Shown here in pieces: positions 25,423 to 38,117 of a stretch of 64,000 nt of DNA (positions are counted from its first letter, which is position 1; the number at the start of each line of letters is the position of its first letter). Under the pieces are notes generated by a model, which was not told the DNA's origin, made no database searches, and worked only from the letters and a program-made list of their open reading frames with translations. Made by a program: the position numbers and the translations under genes. This DNA comes from Eukaryota sp. GEM-RC1 (lineage: Eukaryota). Where the stretch lies: positions 1,736,001-1,800,000 of the forward strand of contig JAUFOQ010000016.1 of assembly GCA_040285855.1 (NCBI GenBank), written 5' to 3'.

Positions 25423-26637
25423 TTATTCGATATGCGATGAACTTTGTCTGAGACAATCAACAATGGGAACTTTGCGTGTGGTTTTGATGATTTTAGCCTT
25501 TTGTTTTGATCTCTTGCTAATTTTAAATGAATCTGATTGAGTTGATGACGATGGCGGAAGGTTAAAGGAATCATAATCACTTAACGAAACTGATTGATCA
25601 ATCGTGACAGGATAATTGACTGCATTGCGATTGGCTTTAATCCAATCAGAGCTCACCATTGATTGACTTTCCAATAATTGTAGATTAGGTACTACTGGTT
25701 TTGGCGATGGTGCTGGAAGTTTATGTTCTGATGAAAACTCTTGTAAATCGTGTTCTAAAAGAGACATATCGTCTGATTTCAAGCCTTGGTATTGATCTGT
25801 GAGTGGAGGTGGTGACGTAGACAAGGGCTCAGGTTGAATGGGTTGATGATGTGATGGTGATATGATAGGTTCAATCAATTTGGGAGATGGTGGTTTCTCT
25901 CCTTTTTCGGAGATTTTTGTTTTTGGTAATAAATCAACAGCCAAAAACTCATCAAATAATTCTCCTTTCTTCTTCAAAATTTCAATTTCCGATAGTAATT
26001 TAACATTAGATACTTGTAAACCATCAACAGTCTCTTTCAATTCCTCAATATACTTCAATTTGGGCTCCACCAACTCCAAAACTCGTTTATCAAACACTGA
26101 CTCCATCTTCTCAGCCAATTCCTTAATCCTCTGATCAACTTGTACCAGAATTCTGTTTTCCACTTCTTCATCAACACAATTACAACTGCATGGACTAGAA
26201 GGAGAAGACATAGGCTGAGGGGATTCAATATCAGCCTGTATAGATGCTTCAACTGAGTTTGGAGGTGGAGATACTGGGGAGAAAGAATAAGATTCCCTTG
26301 GAGAAGTGTGAGTGATTTGTCTGACAAGTCCTTGGATAACTCTGTCTGATTCTGAGTGTAGAGATGTTCGATCAACGTTGGCAGTAAACTTTGGTTGGGT
26401 AGGAGACGTGAAAGAGCGGTAAGAGAATTTAGGAGATTCAGGAGGAGGGGTACGTTTTGTAAGAAGGTTTTTACTGATTCTCTCGTGCTTACGACGTACT
26501 AGGTCTTGTGGAGAAGCCCTATGAACAGACAGATCCTGAATGGTGGGATCCCAAGAAGGTTTTGGTCTGACAGGTCTATGAGAAGGTGCTGATTTAGGAC
26601 GTTTTCGTCTACTACTACTCCTTGAGGAAAATGACAT
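25423..26637 (-). CDS. SPICE1-like centriole protein
   Basis: N-terminal WDPTIQDLSVHRASPQDLVRRK resembles the conserved SPICE1 motif, and the middle is coiled coil. Confidence 0.6.
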   Translation of the reverse strand: MSFSSRSSSRRKRPKSAPSHRPVRPKPSWDPTIQDLSVHRASPQDLVRRKHERISKNLLTKRTPPPESPKFSYRSFTSPTQPKFTANVDRTSLHSESDRVIQGLVRQITHTSPRESYSFSPVSPPPNSVEASIQADIESPQPMSSPSSPCSCNCVDEEVENRILVQVDQRIKELAEKMESVFDKRVLELVEPKLKYIEELKETVDGLQVSNVKLLSEIEILKKKGELFDEFLAVDLLPKTKISEKGEKPPSPKLIEPIISPSHHQPIQPEPLSTSPPPLTDQYQGLKSDDMSLLEHDLQEFSSEHKLPAPSPKPVVPNLQLLESQSMVSSDWIKANRNAVNYPVTIDQSVSLSDYDSFNLPPSSSTQSDSFKISKRSKQKAKIIKTTRKVPIVDCLRQSSSHIE

Positions 26638-26697
26638 TAATGAATTGGATGACCAATGTTTGTCAGAGGTATTTGGGAAGCAAATCCAATTTTTCCC

Positions 26698-27345
26698 ATG
26701 TCATCAATCTGGTTCTTTCTAGCTCTTTTTGTCTTAGCTTTTGGTGATCCACATTATGGAACGGACGCTTGTAAGGGCAGCATATCATACGCTCTTGGTA
26801 ACAGAGTTCCAGTCTTATTTCTCGTGGAAGATTCTGAATACACACTTCCCTTCTATCCTGCAGTTGACGAGTACTCAATGATGCATTTCTATGAAGCAGG
26901 GGCTCATGCTTTATTCTACAAGAACCCTAGTACCTCGTTCTACCTAGAACTTCAAGGTGGAGTGAATGGAACAACTACTTCAGATCCTATCTCTTTCAGT
27001 GATGATGAATACTTCCTCCCATATGTCACCCTGGTCATCAATCTATTTGAAGGAAAACCTCTCTCGATTGTCATTGACAGACCTTTGCCTGACAGAGTTC
27101 CCTATGGTGAGAAGGATTGTACTAGCAGCCAGTGTGATCCTATTGTTTACTTGGCTTGGGCAGGAACTGATGTCAACGGTCTACGGTGTCATTCAGTTGA
27201 TTCTATTTTCTCCCGTTTGAGAGCTTTCTCTGTAAAGTCAATGATTGATACGAGTATGGATTTCTATGGTGACGTTAAGGACTCGGTTAAGGATTTAGTT
27301 GATGATGTACGTAGTCATATTAGTAAAAGTGTAAAGTTTTTGTAG
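26698..27345 (+). CDS. Hypothetical secreted protein
   Basis: Signal peptide MSSIWFFLALFVLAFG in an intact ORF, with a C-terminal VYLAWAGTD motif. Confidence 0.75.
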   Translation: MSSIWFFLALFVLAFGDPHYGTDACKGSISYALGNRVPVLFLVEDSEYTLPFYPAVDEYSMMHFYEAGAHALFYKNPSTSFYLELQGGVNGTTTSDPISFSDDEYFLPYVTLVINLFEGKPLSIVIDRPLPDRVPYGEKDCTSSQCDPIVYLAWAGTDVNGLRCHSVDSIFSRLRAFSVKSMIDTSMDFYGDVKDSVKDLVDDVRSHISKSVKFL

Positions 27346-27516
27346 ATTTACTAGTCGATTGATGCTGTTTTTGTTCATTTGATTGTGTTGTTGTTCTACG
27401 ATTGGAACTTGCAATTTTACACCAAAATGGATATACTGTAGTTGACCAAATGCAAAACAATTGTTACAACATTTAATTTGTACAATACATCTTTCTAAAA
27501 AATACATCACCTATAA

Positions 27517-30003
27517 CTAATCTAAATCTCCACCTAATGCAGCAATAGAAATTCGAACCTTTGACAACGAATCCTCCAATTCTTCCATACTCTCTCTCAA
27601 TTCAGAGTCTAACTTGCCAACTCCACTTAACTGATGGGCAATATCAGCCTGAACACTACCCATTTGAGCTTCAACAGTTTCAATTCTGCCTTCAAGTAGT
27701 TTTCTTGCTTCAAAAGCTTCGTTCCGTATGGTCTTGATTCGGTCCATGAGATTGGAAGTGGACAATTTCGATCCTTCAGTTAACACATCATCAGAAGACA
27801 TTAGGTTAATGGAATCCTTGATCCTGTGGATTTCAGTTTTAAGGTTGGTGACGTCAGCAGAACACGTTTCAATGGTTGATTGGAGTTCAGTGATTTGATG
27901 AGCCACGTCGGATGATTGAGATGAAAATTTGGATGATATCGACTCAATCTGAGTAGAGAAATCAGATTTGATTGCTTCAAATCGTGATTCAACTGAAGCT
28001 TCCATTTCCTTCTGGAAAGCAGAGAATTTAGTCGAAAACAGGTCATTAAGTTGCTCCTCACGTAAACTTGCCTGTTCATCAAAATCAGCAAGTCGTTGAT
28101 TGATTGTATCTGATTGAGTATCAAGTTGCCTCTTAAAGCCACCAGTTTCCTTCTTCACTTCTTCAACATCCATATTTACTTTAGCCACAACTCCCTCAAT
28201 CCTCTCTCCAACTGCTCTTTCCACCTCCACAACTTTCTCTCCAACGGCTTTCTCCACCTCCATAACTTTCGCACCAACTGATTTCTCCACCTCTACAACC
28301 TTCTTAAAGACCTCTTGTATCTCTTCCTTTGCTGCTTCATCACCTTCTTGGATCGCCTTCTCCAATAGTTCAGTGATAGTATTAAGAGACTCACGTAGAC
28401 TACGCTCAGACTCAGCTACTTTTCTACTTAGAGACGTTACTTCCTTTGATTGAGAAGAGCCCACCTGTGATAGTTTTCTCTCGATATCGCCATCAGCAGA
28501 ATTCACACGATCTTCCATTAACTTCATGGATCGTTGGATTTGATTTAACACCACGTAAAGTTCTGAATGGACCTCACTATTCTTTTCTTCAATTGAATCG
28601 ATTTTACCAGTCAATGTCTTCTCAGCAGTCATTCGAGCGGCAAGAGCCTCTTGATTATTTGATAGACGAGCTCTAATCAAGTCCATTGATTTCTTAACAG
28701 TGGTCACATCACCAGTGATAGACTCAAGAACTTCGTTGATAACACTGAGTTGATTCTCGGTTTGACTGTCATCATTCAGTTTTGATAGCTTGTAATCAAC
28801 CTTTCTATCAATTTCAGTTGCCAATACCGTAGCGACATCTCCAATAGAACAATGAGATCTGAAATACCCAGCTAAAACGTCAGCAAGGGGGTCAGAATGA
28901 CGATATGATGGAGAAGACTTGGGACCATCACTTAAATCATAGGAAACCTCTCCAGATACATCTAAAGCGTTATCATCCTCTTCATCTTGGAAACCTCCGT
29001 CTAGCCCAAGTTGTTCACAGAAAGGATTTAGCTCAATCATCCATATCTCATCTAAAGCACTGGTACCATCGGGAGTACCTCCAAAAGCACAGAGGAATCC
29101 GATTGACTCGTATGACGTGACTGTGAGTGAGAAGAGAAAGCGGGGTGAGGGAGCAGAGAAAAGGGAAGAATCGTTCCATTCACCATCAATGGATTCGGCC
29201 TTAATAACAGGAGATTTGCTTTCGAAAAGGAAGATAAAGGCGTTGTTGCATGAACCACCGCTGCGTTGTCCACCAAGTATGATGATTGCATCGTTGGCGA
29301 TAGCAGCGCATCCAGCATGAGCTAAGGGCGTGGGAGTAGGAAAGTTAGGGGAGAATGTGTATTGAGAGAAAGTCATGGAGGATAGAGAGAAGATCCATGC
29401 ATCAGCTAGGCGGCGACTTTCAGAGGCTGTTCCACCAAAGATGAAAAGAGCTTCCAAGAGAGGAATGTATTCCATAGATTGACCATAACGAGGAAGAGGT
29501 TTGGAAGAAGCAGTCCTGTCAGGGGAAAGGCAGGTCCATTCTTGGGTTGCAGTATCGAAGCACCACAAGTCATTGAAGAAATGAGCAGGTCTTCGTTGTT
29601 TGACTCCTCCAAAGAGATAGATCTTGGAGCCAAGGGACACCATGGAGTGCCCATATCTGGGAGGTGGGGAAGATGTTGAAGAGTGAATCTGAGACCACTT
29701 TCGGGCAGAGATGTCAAAAGACCAAAGATCATTGAGTTCTCGCTTTTTGCTGGACATACCACCAAAGACGTAGGCATGCATTCCACAAGCAGCACCAGCA
29801 GATCGATAACGAGATTCAGGACCTTTTGTTTGTTTTTCAACAACTGACCATTGAGCAGAGGCGCTATCAAAAATGTAAGAATCATGTTGATATATGCCGC
29901 GTCTAGAGATTCCGGAAAAGATAAAAAGAAACTGTGATACAGGAATCCCCACATGTCCAAAACGTTCAGTTGGGCTTGTTACTTGAACATTGAGTTTTTC
30001 CAC
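27517..30003 (-). CDS. Kelch-repeat protein with C-terminal coiled coil
   Basis: Repeated R-x-x-H...FGG...ND-L-W kelch units and a long heptad-rich C-terminus. Confidence 0.88.
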   Translation of the reverse strand: MEKLNVQVTSPTERFGHVGIPVSQFLFIFSGISRRGIYQHDSYIFDSASAQWSVVEKQTKGPESRYRSAGAACGMHAYVFGGMSSKKRELNDLWSFDISARKWSQIHSSTSSPPPRYGHSMVSLGSKIYLFGGVKQRRPAHFFNDLWCFDTATQEWTCLSPDRTASSKPLPRYGQSMEYIPLLEALFIFGGTASESRRLADAWIFSLSSMTFSQYTFSPNFPTPTPLAHAGCAAIANDAIIILGGQRSGGSCNNAFIFLFESKSPVIKAESIDGEWNDSSLFSAPSPRFLFSLTVTSYESIGFLCAFGGTPDGTSALDEIWMIELNPFCEQLGLDGGFQDEEDDNALDVSGEVSYDLSDGPKSSPSYRHSDPLADVLAGYFRSHCSIGDVATVLATEIDRKVDYKLSKLNDDSQTENQLSVINEVLESITGDVTTVKKSMDLIRARLSNNQEALAARMTAEKTLTGKIDSIEEKNSEVHSELYVVLNQIQRSMKLMEDRVNSADGDIERKLSQVGSSQSKEVTSLSRKVAESERSLRESLNTITELLEKAIQEGDEAAKEEIQEVFKKVVEVEKSVGAKVMEVEKAVGEKVVEVERAVGERIEGVVAKVNMDVEEVKKETGGFKRQLDTQSDTINQRLADFDEQASLREEQLNDLFSTKFSAFQKEMEASVESRFEAIKSDFSTQIESISSKFSSQSSDVAHQITELQSTIETCSADVTNLKTEIHRIKDSINLMSSDDVLTEGSKLSTSNLMDRIKTIRNEAFEARKLLEGRIETVEAQMGSVQADIAHQLSGVGKLDSELRESMEELEDSLSKVRISIAALGGDLD

Positions 30004-30088
30004 GGCCCAGAATTACGAGCTGAAGACGGTGAGGAAGGCATTTTGTTCGAAATGAGTTTTTCAATCCTCTCACCGCCCAAAAGCCTTC

Positions 30089-31396
30089 ATGTCTTTAATA
30101 GAGCGTCTTCGCTCCATCGCGCTCAAACATACCATACGCTTTGATGATGTTTTTGTAGACTTTGATCCTCTGCGCAGTGGTAAAGTTACTCGCCCTCAAT
30201 TTGAACGAGTTGTATCAACTATGGGTTTTAACTTAAAACCCGATGAATTGACTGAACTCTCAGACTCGTATCTATCAGACGTAACCTCTCTTGTTGAAGT
30301 CGTCAACTACAGACACTTCATTAATGACCTTCATTGCGTATTCACTGACCCAAATCTCCATAAGGATCCTGATCTCAATGTCACTGACGTCAATGTCTAT
30401 AAGCGCATGGAACAAATATCCTTTGAACGCCCTTCTTCATCCAGACTAGAACTACTACTATCCTCAATACAACAGGCTGTCACTACTCGTCGCATGGTGA
30501 TGAAGTCCTTCTTTGAATCCTTTGACAAGGACAATGATGGTTGTTTGGTCAAGTCTCAATTCACTCGCTGTTTCCCCTTTCAAATATCGCCCGAGGATCT
30601 TGAACTCATTTGTAATTATTTCAAGCGTCCCTGCACAAGCCCCTCTACTTTCCTAGTTGACTACAGATCCTTCCACCGCGCTGTTACTGAAGATGACGAG
30701 TCTTCTGTACCACCGCCACGTAAGCAAAAGGTCACTGCTCCTGCTGTCTCTGAGGATATCACCATCAATTGCGAGATTGTTGATAAGATTGCCCTACTAG
30801 TCAATGAGCTCAGGGTGGACCTAAAGCCCTTCTTTGAGCAGTTTGACCCTCTTCATAAGGGTTATGTCTGCCAGAGCTACTTCTTGACTGCTATTGGAAT
30901 GGCTAAACTTCCTTTGACTCAAGAAGACTATAACGGACTACTGATTAAGTATCGTACTGCGGAGATTGGAATGTTTGATTATCGTCAACTCTGTTTTGAT
31001 GTGGAAAGCTTTGTAATTACAAGTAATCTTGAGAAAACAGAGGATTTCGATTTCTCTAGTCTGGAAACCAAACGTTGTCGATTTGATGGGATATCCGGCC
31101 GTCGTCGTCATATCGAAGCCATGACGAGTGAGATCTTTGATTGTCTGGCACGTATTTCTAAAGAAGTTTTGACCAGACGCATCCTTGTAAAACAATACTT
31201 TAGAAACTTTGACAAACTTAACCGCGGTTACGTAACTCATTCGCAATTCTACCAATGTCTTTCTCTAGCTGGACTGAAGATCTCTACTAGTGAGTTCCAA
31301 TTGCTATTAGATCAATTTGGAGTGAGAGGAACTGATGATTTGATTGATTACTTTGGGTTTGTTGCGATTGTCGATCCTGAAGCCCCAAAAATTTAA
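30089..31396 (+). CDS. Multi-EF-hand protein (axonemal type)
   Basis: Four repeated modules F-x-x-FD...G-x-V...QF...DYR. Confidence 0.82.
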   Translation: MSLIERLRSIALKHTIRFDDVFVDFDPLRSGKVTRPQFERVVSTMGFNLKPDELTELSDSYLSDVTSLVEVVNYRHFINDLHCVFTDPNLHKDPDLNVTDVNVYKRMEQISFERPSSSRLELLLSSIQQAVTTRRMVMKSFFESFDKDNDGCLVKSQFTRCFPFQISPEDLELICNYFKRPCTSPSTFLVDYRSFHRAVTEDDESSVPPPRKQKVTAPAVSEDITINCEIVDKIALLVNELRVDLKPFFEQFDPLHKGYVCQSYFLTAIGMAKLPLTQEDYNGLLIKYRTAEIGMFDYRQLCFDVESFVITSNLEKTEDFDFSSLETKRCRFDGISGRRRHIEAMTSEIFDCLARISKEVLTRRILVKQYFRNFDKLNRGYVTHSQFYQCLSLAGLKISTSEFQLLLDQFGVRGTDDLIDYFGFVAIVDPEAPKI

Positions 31397-31501
31397 TTAT
31401 TTAAAAACATTGTACTTTAACAATAATAAAACAAAACTAAAAACTAAATAGTTCTACAAGAGAACTTCATTTTTCTAAATATAAATACCTCTTTTCCAAA
31501 A

Positions 31502-32489
<988 letters not shown>

Positions 32490-32573
32490 TTAAGAGAGGA
32501 GAGGAATTTACAAAAAGTTTTGCAAAAAAGTTTAAACGACCATTATCAATGAGAACAATTGTCTGATGTACTG

Positions 32574-33285
32574 CAGTGATGTACAAAAATAGCGTACCGT
32601 ACACTATTTGCCGTACACTACCGTAAAATACGGTACGGCACTATACTCGGTATCCGTAAAATACGGTAACTGTAAAAATACGGAAATTATTTATGGTAAA
32701 TGTTACCGTAGTGAGAATATAAAATACTCTTTGTGTATACCCCATAAATCGAAACATCAAAGCATTCTTAATCATTTTGATCAGTTCTGTAACAACTGCG
32801 CCATTCTATGTTGCCCTAGTACTTTAAAGATGAGAATTGACTGGGTCGGGTGCATGACAAGAGCTGAAATACTTAGAAGCTGGTACAACCTTATTGCTTT
32901 TATTAATCAAATGTGATGATCTTGCTAAGACAACTTGAAAAACCGTATTATGTTGCCATCGTCATCGTTTGAAGTGGACACCTTCAAGACGTCAACTTTT
33001 TCTTTTCTACATAGAAACTGCTTGACACCGTTGAAACGGTTCTGCATGCAGGTCATTCAGAAGAATAATCACATACCTATTCTGATTAGTGATGGATCAC
33101 GGTTTTGATCTTTATTTGCTCTTAGTGTGTGTAGTTTGAATTATAAAAATAATTTTCCGTATTTGGCGTATTCTCACTTCGTTTCAAACTTGCCGTAAAC
33201 TACGGCACATGTAAAAATACGGAAATAATTTACGGCAAAGTTGAAAATGTACCGTATTTACGGCTACTATTTTTGTACATCACTG
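32574..33285. mobile_element. hAT-type non-autonomous element
   Basis: 19-bp TIR CAGTGATGTACAAAAATAG, exact 8-bp TSD ATGTACTG (32566-32573 / 33286-33293) and many subterminal TACGG/CCGTA motifs. Confidence 0.92.
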
Positions 33286-33644
33286 ATGTACTGTACTAGT
33301 ATTAATTCATTCAAATTATGAGTAATCCGGAGCCGCATCCGTTGTTGATGTGTTGGAACAACCAAACAATAAGACACTATTTTGGGGACTGAAAAAGAGA
33401 AAGACTGATAAATATTCGGACAGAATGCAGAATCTGAATTCTGATAGAACTGTACTTAATAACTTTGTCTACAAACACGAATGTTGAACTCAAGCGGATA
33501 GTAACTGAAATTTAGAGAGTGTTAACCAAGTCCAACAAATAGAACTTCATTGTTGAATAGAAAGAATGTTAAAAGTTAATGGTTTTGAAATAAAAAAAGT
33601 TTATGTGAAAAGAAGATTAAATAAACAACACTGGATCAATTTCA

Positions 33645-35596
33645 TCATGTTTTGGCTTTCTTCTTCTTAGTAGTAGCTGGTTTCCGTGTCTTCCTAACAA
33701 CTTTTTCCTTCGGTTTAACTTCCTTCTCCTCGTCATCACTTCCACCTGCTATTGAGTCAAACATTACACCTTTAGCCTTCAAAGTCCTTGTCAACTTTGC
33801 CTTGACCTTAGGTTCAACAGATGGTAGAGACATTCCAGGGAAAACATACTCGTTATTGAAGAATCCCCAGTCATCACGGTCAATCTGATATTTTTCCATT
33901 AATTCAACGACTGAATCGAGACCAGCTGAAACGTCATCTGATTGCACACTGATTGGTAAAGTGAGTTTTCGTAATAAATACGGTAGGTAATCTAGAGAGA
34001 ATGATGTTGATCCAGCTAACGTCACAGGATACGATCGCAAAGATAAATATTTAAATATTCGTTTGAATTTGCTAGTTTTGGAGTATTTGCCCAAAAACTG
34101 TGGAAAATCTGTTCTTTTTAAATCGCCACTGACTTTAACACCGGGATAAATACATGAAGTAATTGCTTTACAAGGCATCAAATGCCACGATTGATCTTCC
34201 ATAATTGACCGTCCAATTATATCTGATTCAGAAAACGATTGAGCTGCAACTGCCAAATTCTGCAATCGTTGATTGACGGGGACATTAAATGGAGCTTCAC
34301 TAAACAGATAATTCTCTTGAACCATTAACGGAACAAGATCGTCAACAAAATAATCATTCATACGGTCATAAATCCACGGTTTCTGTTTACCAATCATAAG
34401 TGATGAAGGTGGTGGTTTAAACATTGCAGGAACAACGGACCATGCGTTCTTTGATAGTTGTTTTAAATCTAACTTTTCAGCCACGTCAAGAAAGGAAACT
34501 GACCGTGATAATCCCAGAGCGAGTGATTGGAGTGCAGTGATGCTATATCTGACATCTGACTGTGACATTTCAATCAATTTTCGTAATGCATCGTCATCAA
34601 TTGCCACGTTTTCATTTTGAGCTATAGCACGTAACCGTGGTAGAACTTGATCAACAGTTGGAGGTCGGAACACCAAAGCCAACGAATAATTCTTTAAAGT
34701 TTTAAATTTTGGATCTCCAACATCATTACCAATACAAATAACAGGATGTTTACTTTTCTTAGCTAACTGAATCAACTGGGCTAACCCCCTCTATCCCCCG
34801 TACTCATTCCATCTACTTCATCCATAATAAGAACAGTTCTGTTAGTTCCCTGGCTTAACATTGACTCAACAGAGAATGAGGTCAAAAAGTCACGTGTTAG
34901 GTCATTAAGAAGTGTTTTTGAGCGTGTGTCTGAAGCATTGAGTTCCAGTTTCTTATAACCAAGTTCAGCTGCGATTAAGGAAGCTGCAGATGTTTTACCA
35001 ACACCTGGAGGGCCTGACAACAAGGCAATGTTATGAGGTCGGTCCTTGGAAGAGTAGAAGTTGTTAAGGAAAGTTCGAAGTGCTTTAATTGAAGTAGGAT
35101 TTCCAACGAGATCATTAGAAGTAGAAGGTCTGTACTTATCAGGCCAAACTGAGGAGTTAGAGCTTGGGTTGAGCTTAGGGACAAGTTTGGGTTGTGATAG
35201 GCTTGGCAGAGGTTGGGATAGGCTTGGCAGAGGTTGGCTACGAGGTAGTTTGAGTTTTGGCTTTTGGAGAACAGGAATTCTGAGAAGTGGTTGAGAGGTA
35301 GAGGTAAGAGTTGGTCTTTGATCTGAACGGGATCGTTCCTTTACCATGTCAAAAAGTTGTTGGAGGGTGATGGTTTTTGTGTGATTTTGGAACTTTTTCA
35401 AGAGATTTTGTAAAGGGGGAGAGATGTTTGAGCCCACTATGGCGAAGTCTGTGCGTTCTGAAGGTGTGATTTTGATTTGGGCTGAGTATTGTTCACAGTA
35501 TTGTTTTATTTCTGTGCTTGTGAAGGGGGAAAAATCACCCAGGACACACATAGAAGTGTTACGAAGACATCCAGGTGTACCTTGAGGGGGTTGCAT
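33645..35596 (-). CDS. RFC1: Replication factor C subunit 1 (frameshift near 34780)
   Basis: BRCT-like N-terminus, WPDKYRP, Walker A GPPGVGKT, ELNASDTRS, MDEVDGMSTGDRGG and the RFC1 C-terminal domain. Confidence 0.95.
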
Positions 35597-36095
35597 TGTT
35601 TCTCAACTAAGCTAAAAACACTTGTGTTGAATTCATTTGGGGTGCATACTCCCCAAAATCATTCTACATGTAGTTTTACCCCAAATACTCTTCACCCCAT
35701 AACCACATATCCCCAATCTGATACACTTATACCTTCTTTGATGGATTCCATACATCTTTTGATATCAAGTGTTGAGCTTCTTTCAAGATAGAGACGTGTT
35801 TGCAGGTATTCGTTCTTAGAATTGTGAACCGTGTTCAACCATGTCATGAATAAACTCAACGTTGTACAACAATCCTACAACACATACATCACATTGACAT
35901 CTTATCCTCCAAAGGAAAACACTAAGGTTTGCTACAACTCTGATCGTGTAATACACTGCTGTGTCTTCAGTCATTTTTGACTGCATTTTTCAATTCTATC
36001 AGATGCTATCTGGAATGAGACTAAGGTCAACGACATCAAGTCCATGAAGCTTCATTCATCAGAAGACACAAAGACACCAAGTTATAACTACATGT

Positions 36096-36740
36096 ACAAC
36101 ATTTGTAATGACAACATTTGGTGATACAACATTTGTAACTACAACATTTGAAACTACAACATTTGTAATGACAACATTTGGTGATACAACATTTGGTGAT
36201 ACAACATTTGGTGATACAACATTTGTAACTACAACATTTGTAACTACAACATTTGTAATGACAACATTTGGTGATACAACATTTGTAACTACAACATTTG
36301 AAACTACAACATTTGTAACTACAACATTTGTAACTACAACATTTGTAATGACAACATTTGTAATGACAACATTTGGTGATACAACATTTGTAACTACAAC
36401 ATTTGAAACTACAACATTTGTAACTACAACATTTGTAATGACAACATTTGTAATGACAACATTTGGTGATACAACATTTGTAACTACAACATTTGTAATG
36501 ACAACATTTGGTGATACAACATTTGTAACTACAACATTTGTAACTACAACATTTGTAATGACAACATTTGTAATGACAACATTTGGTGATACAACATTTG
36601 TAACTACAACATTTGAAACTACAACATTTGTAACTACAACATTTGTAACTACAACATTTGTAACTACAACATTTGTAATGACAACATTTGGTGATACAAC
36701 ATTTGGTGATACAACATTTGTAACTACAACATTTGGTGAG
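36096..36740. repeat. 15-bp minisatellite, 43 units
   Basis: Invariant ACAACATTTG followed by TAATG, GTGAT, TAACT or AAACT (last unit GTGAG). Confidence 0.97.
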
Positions 36741-36858
36741 AATCAATCTCAATCAACGTGTCCTATGTGTATTGAATTCTTATTGCTCATAATTTTGTCT
36801 TCTATATATAATGTCGTTAAACACAACCAATAAAATATACAACCTCAGTTTATCAAAC

Positions 36859-37970
36859 TTAACTAACACTACTATATCCCCCCATCACCCTCGCAAACAT
36901 CACAGCCAACGAAAACGACTCCTTATATCCAATCCCACAACAATACTCACACATCACTTCACGAAATTCATCCAATATTCCCAAACAATGTTCATCACAC
37001 ATCACTTCATCATTTAAATCTAATATCGACACAACAAAAGTATTGGTCAACGACAACACATTAAAGTACTTGTCCCTATCATTCAAATGAAAACTCAAAA
37101 TTTTGGCCATTATTAAATTTAAATCTTTTAACAACTGAAGTTTCAATTTCATATGTGGAAGACAATTTGATGTTGTATCATTTTGGTTCCAGTGCAGTGG
37201 TACAATATTGTGGACAATTGTGAGAACCTTTGTTTCTGTCTGCATGGAAATAGTACGAGTATTGTTCAAGTTGTTTTCAAAGTCTGTCTGAAGACCAAGT
37301 GAATTTGTTATTCTGTTGATAGATTCAGTGTCCTCATGATCTGTAACTTTTCTTGATAATTTCAAACTAGGTAAATTCGAATTTGGTTTGAGAGTATTTC
37401 GAGACAATAGATTTGGTCTCAATTTAGGCAAAGTAGTAAATCAATACGACGTTTTGGTGAAGGAAAAACGACTTGAGATGGAGTATCGTTAATGCGAGTA
37501 TTGTCACAAGCATGTAAAAGAGTAGGAGACTGAGGCTGAGGAGGAGGAGGGGAACGAGCAATTGTAACTCGTTTAACGTCTTTGAGTAGATCCTTAAGAT
37601 GATTTAGAGTTGAAGTTGTTGATTGAAGTGGAAGAGATATGTCACGCTTCTCATAAGAACCATCAAAAGGAAAGAGATGAACAGTTTCTAGATCAACATC
37701 TAGCACAATGGCAACGGCTGCTTTGTAGTTGAGGCAAAAATCCATGGTACCCTTTTTAAGATCATCTGGTAAGTCAGATGTTGACACTTCCGTTATGTGG
37801 ATGGATTTAGTTCTCCATGAATTGTATGTTCCATAAGGAAGAAGAACAAGTGACAAATTAACTGCATGCTTATCAGCAAGCTTTACAACAAGTTTCATAT
37901 ATGTTTTGATGGTACGGGAACGACTTTCTTGTTCAGAAGTATTTCTGAGTTTGAAAATTGAGTAGGACAT
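36859..37970 (-). CDS. Orphan ORF(s) inside the Fanzor element (183 aa + 190 aa, possibly one frameshifted gene)
   Basis: Overlapping ORFs 37419-37970 and 36859-37431, divergent from the Fanzor ORF. No motif recognised. Confidence 0.5.
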
Positions 37971-38117
37971 GGGAAATTCTGGTATAGACTTTATTACAGA
38001 TTTCGTTTTTTAACACGTGAATTCCCACACACATGTCCATTACAGTCTGTGTGGGATTTCATTTTCCTTCCTCCTACAGTATAAATGTCGTTTGTTCTGC
38101 ATCCAAACAGACGTTGT

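Noticed and set aside
36096..36740. CRISPR array
   Set aside because: Units are 15 bp with only four recurring 5-nt variants, no unique spacers and no cas genes.
36036..36833. Cys-rich metallothionein-like or Thr-rich protein genes
   Set aside because: The ORFs follow automatically from a stop-free 15-bp repeat, and there is no independent coding evidence.
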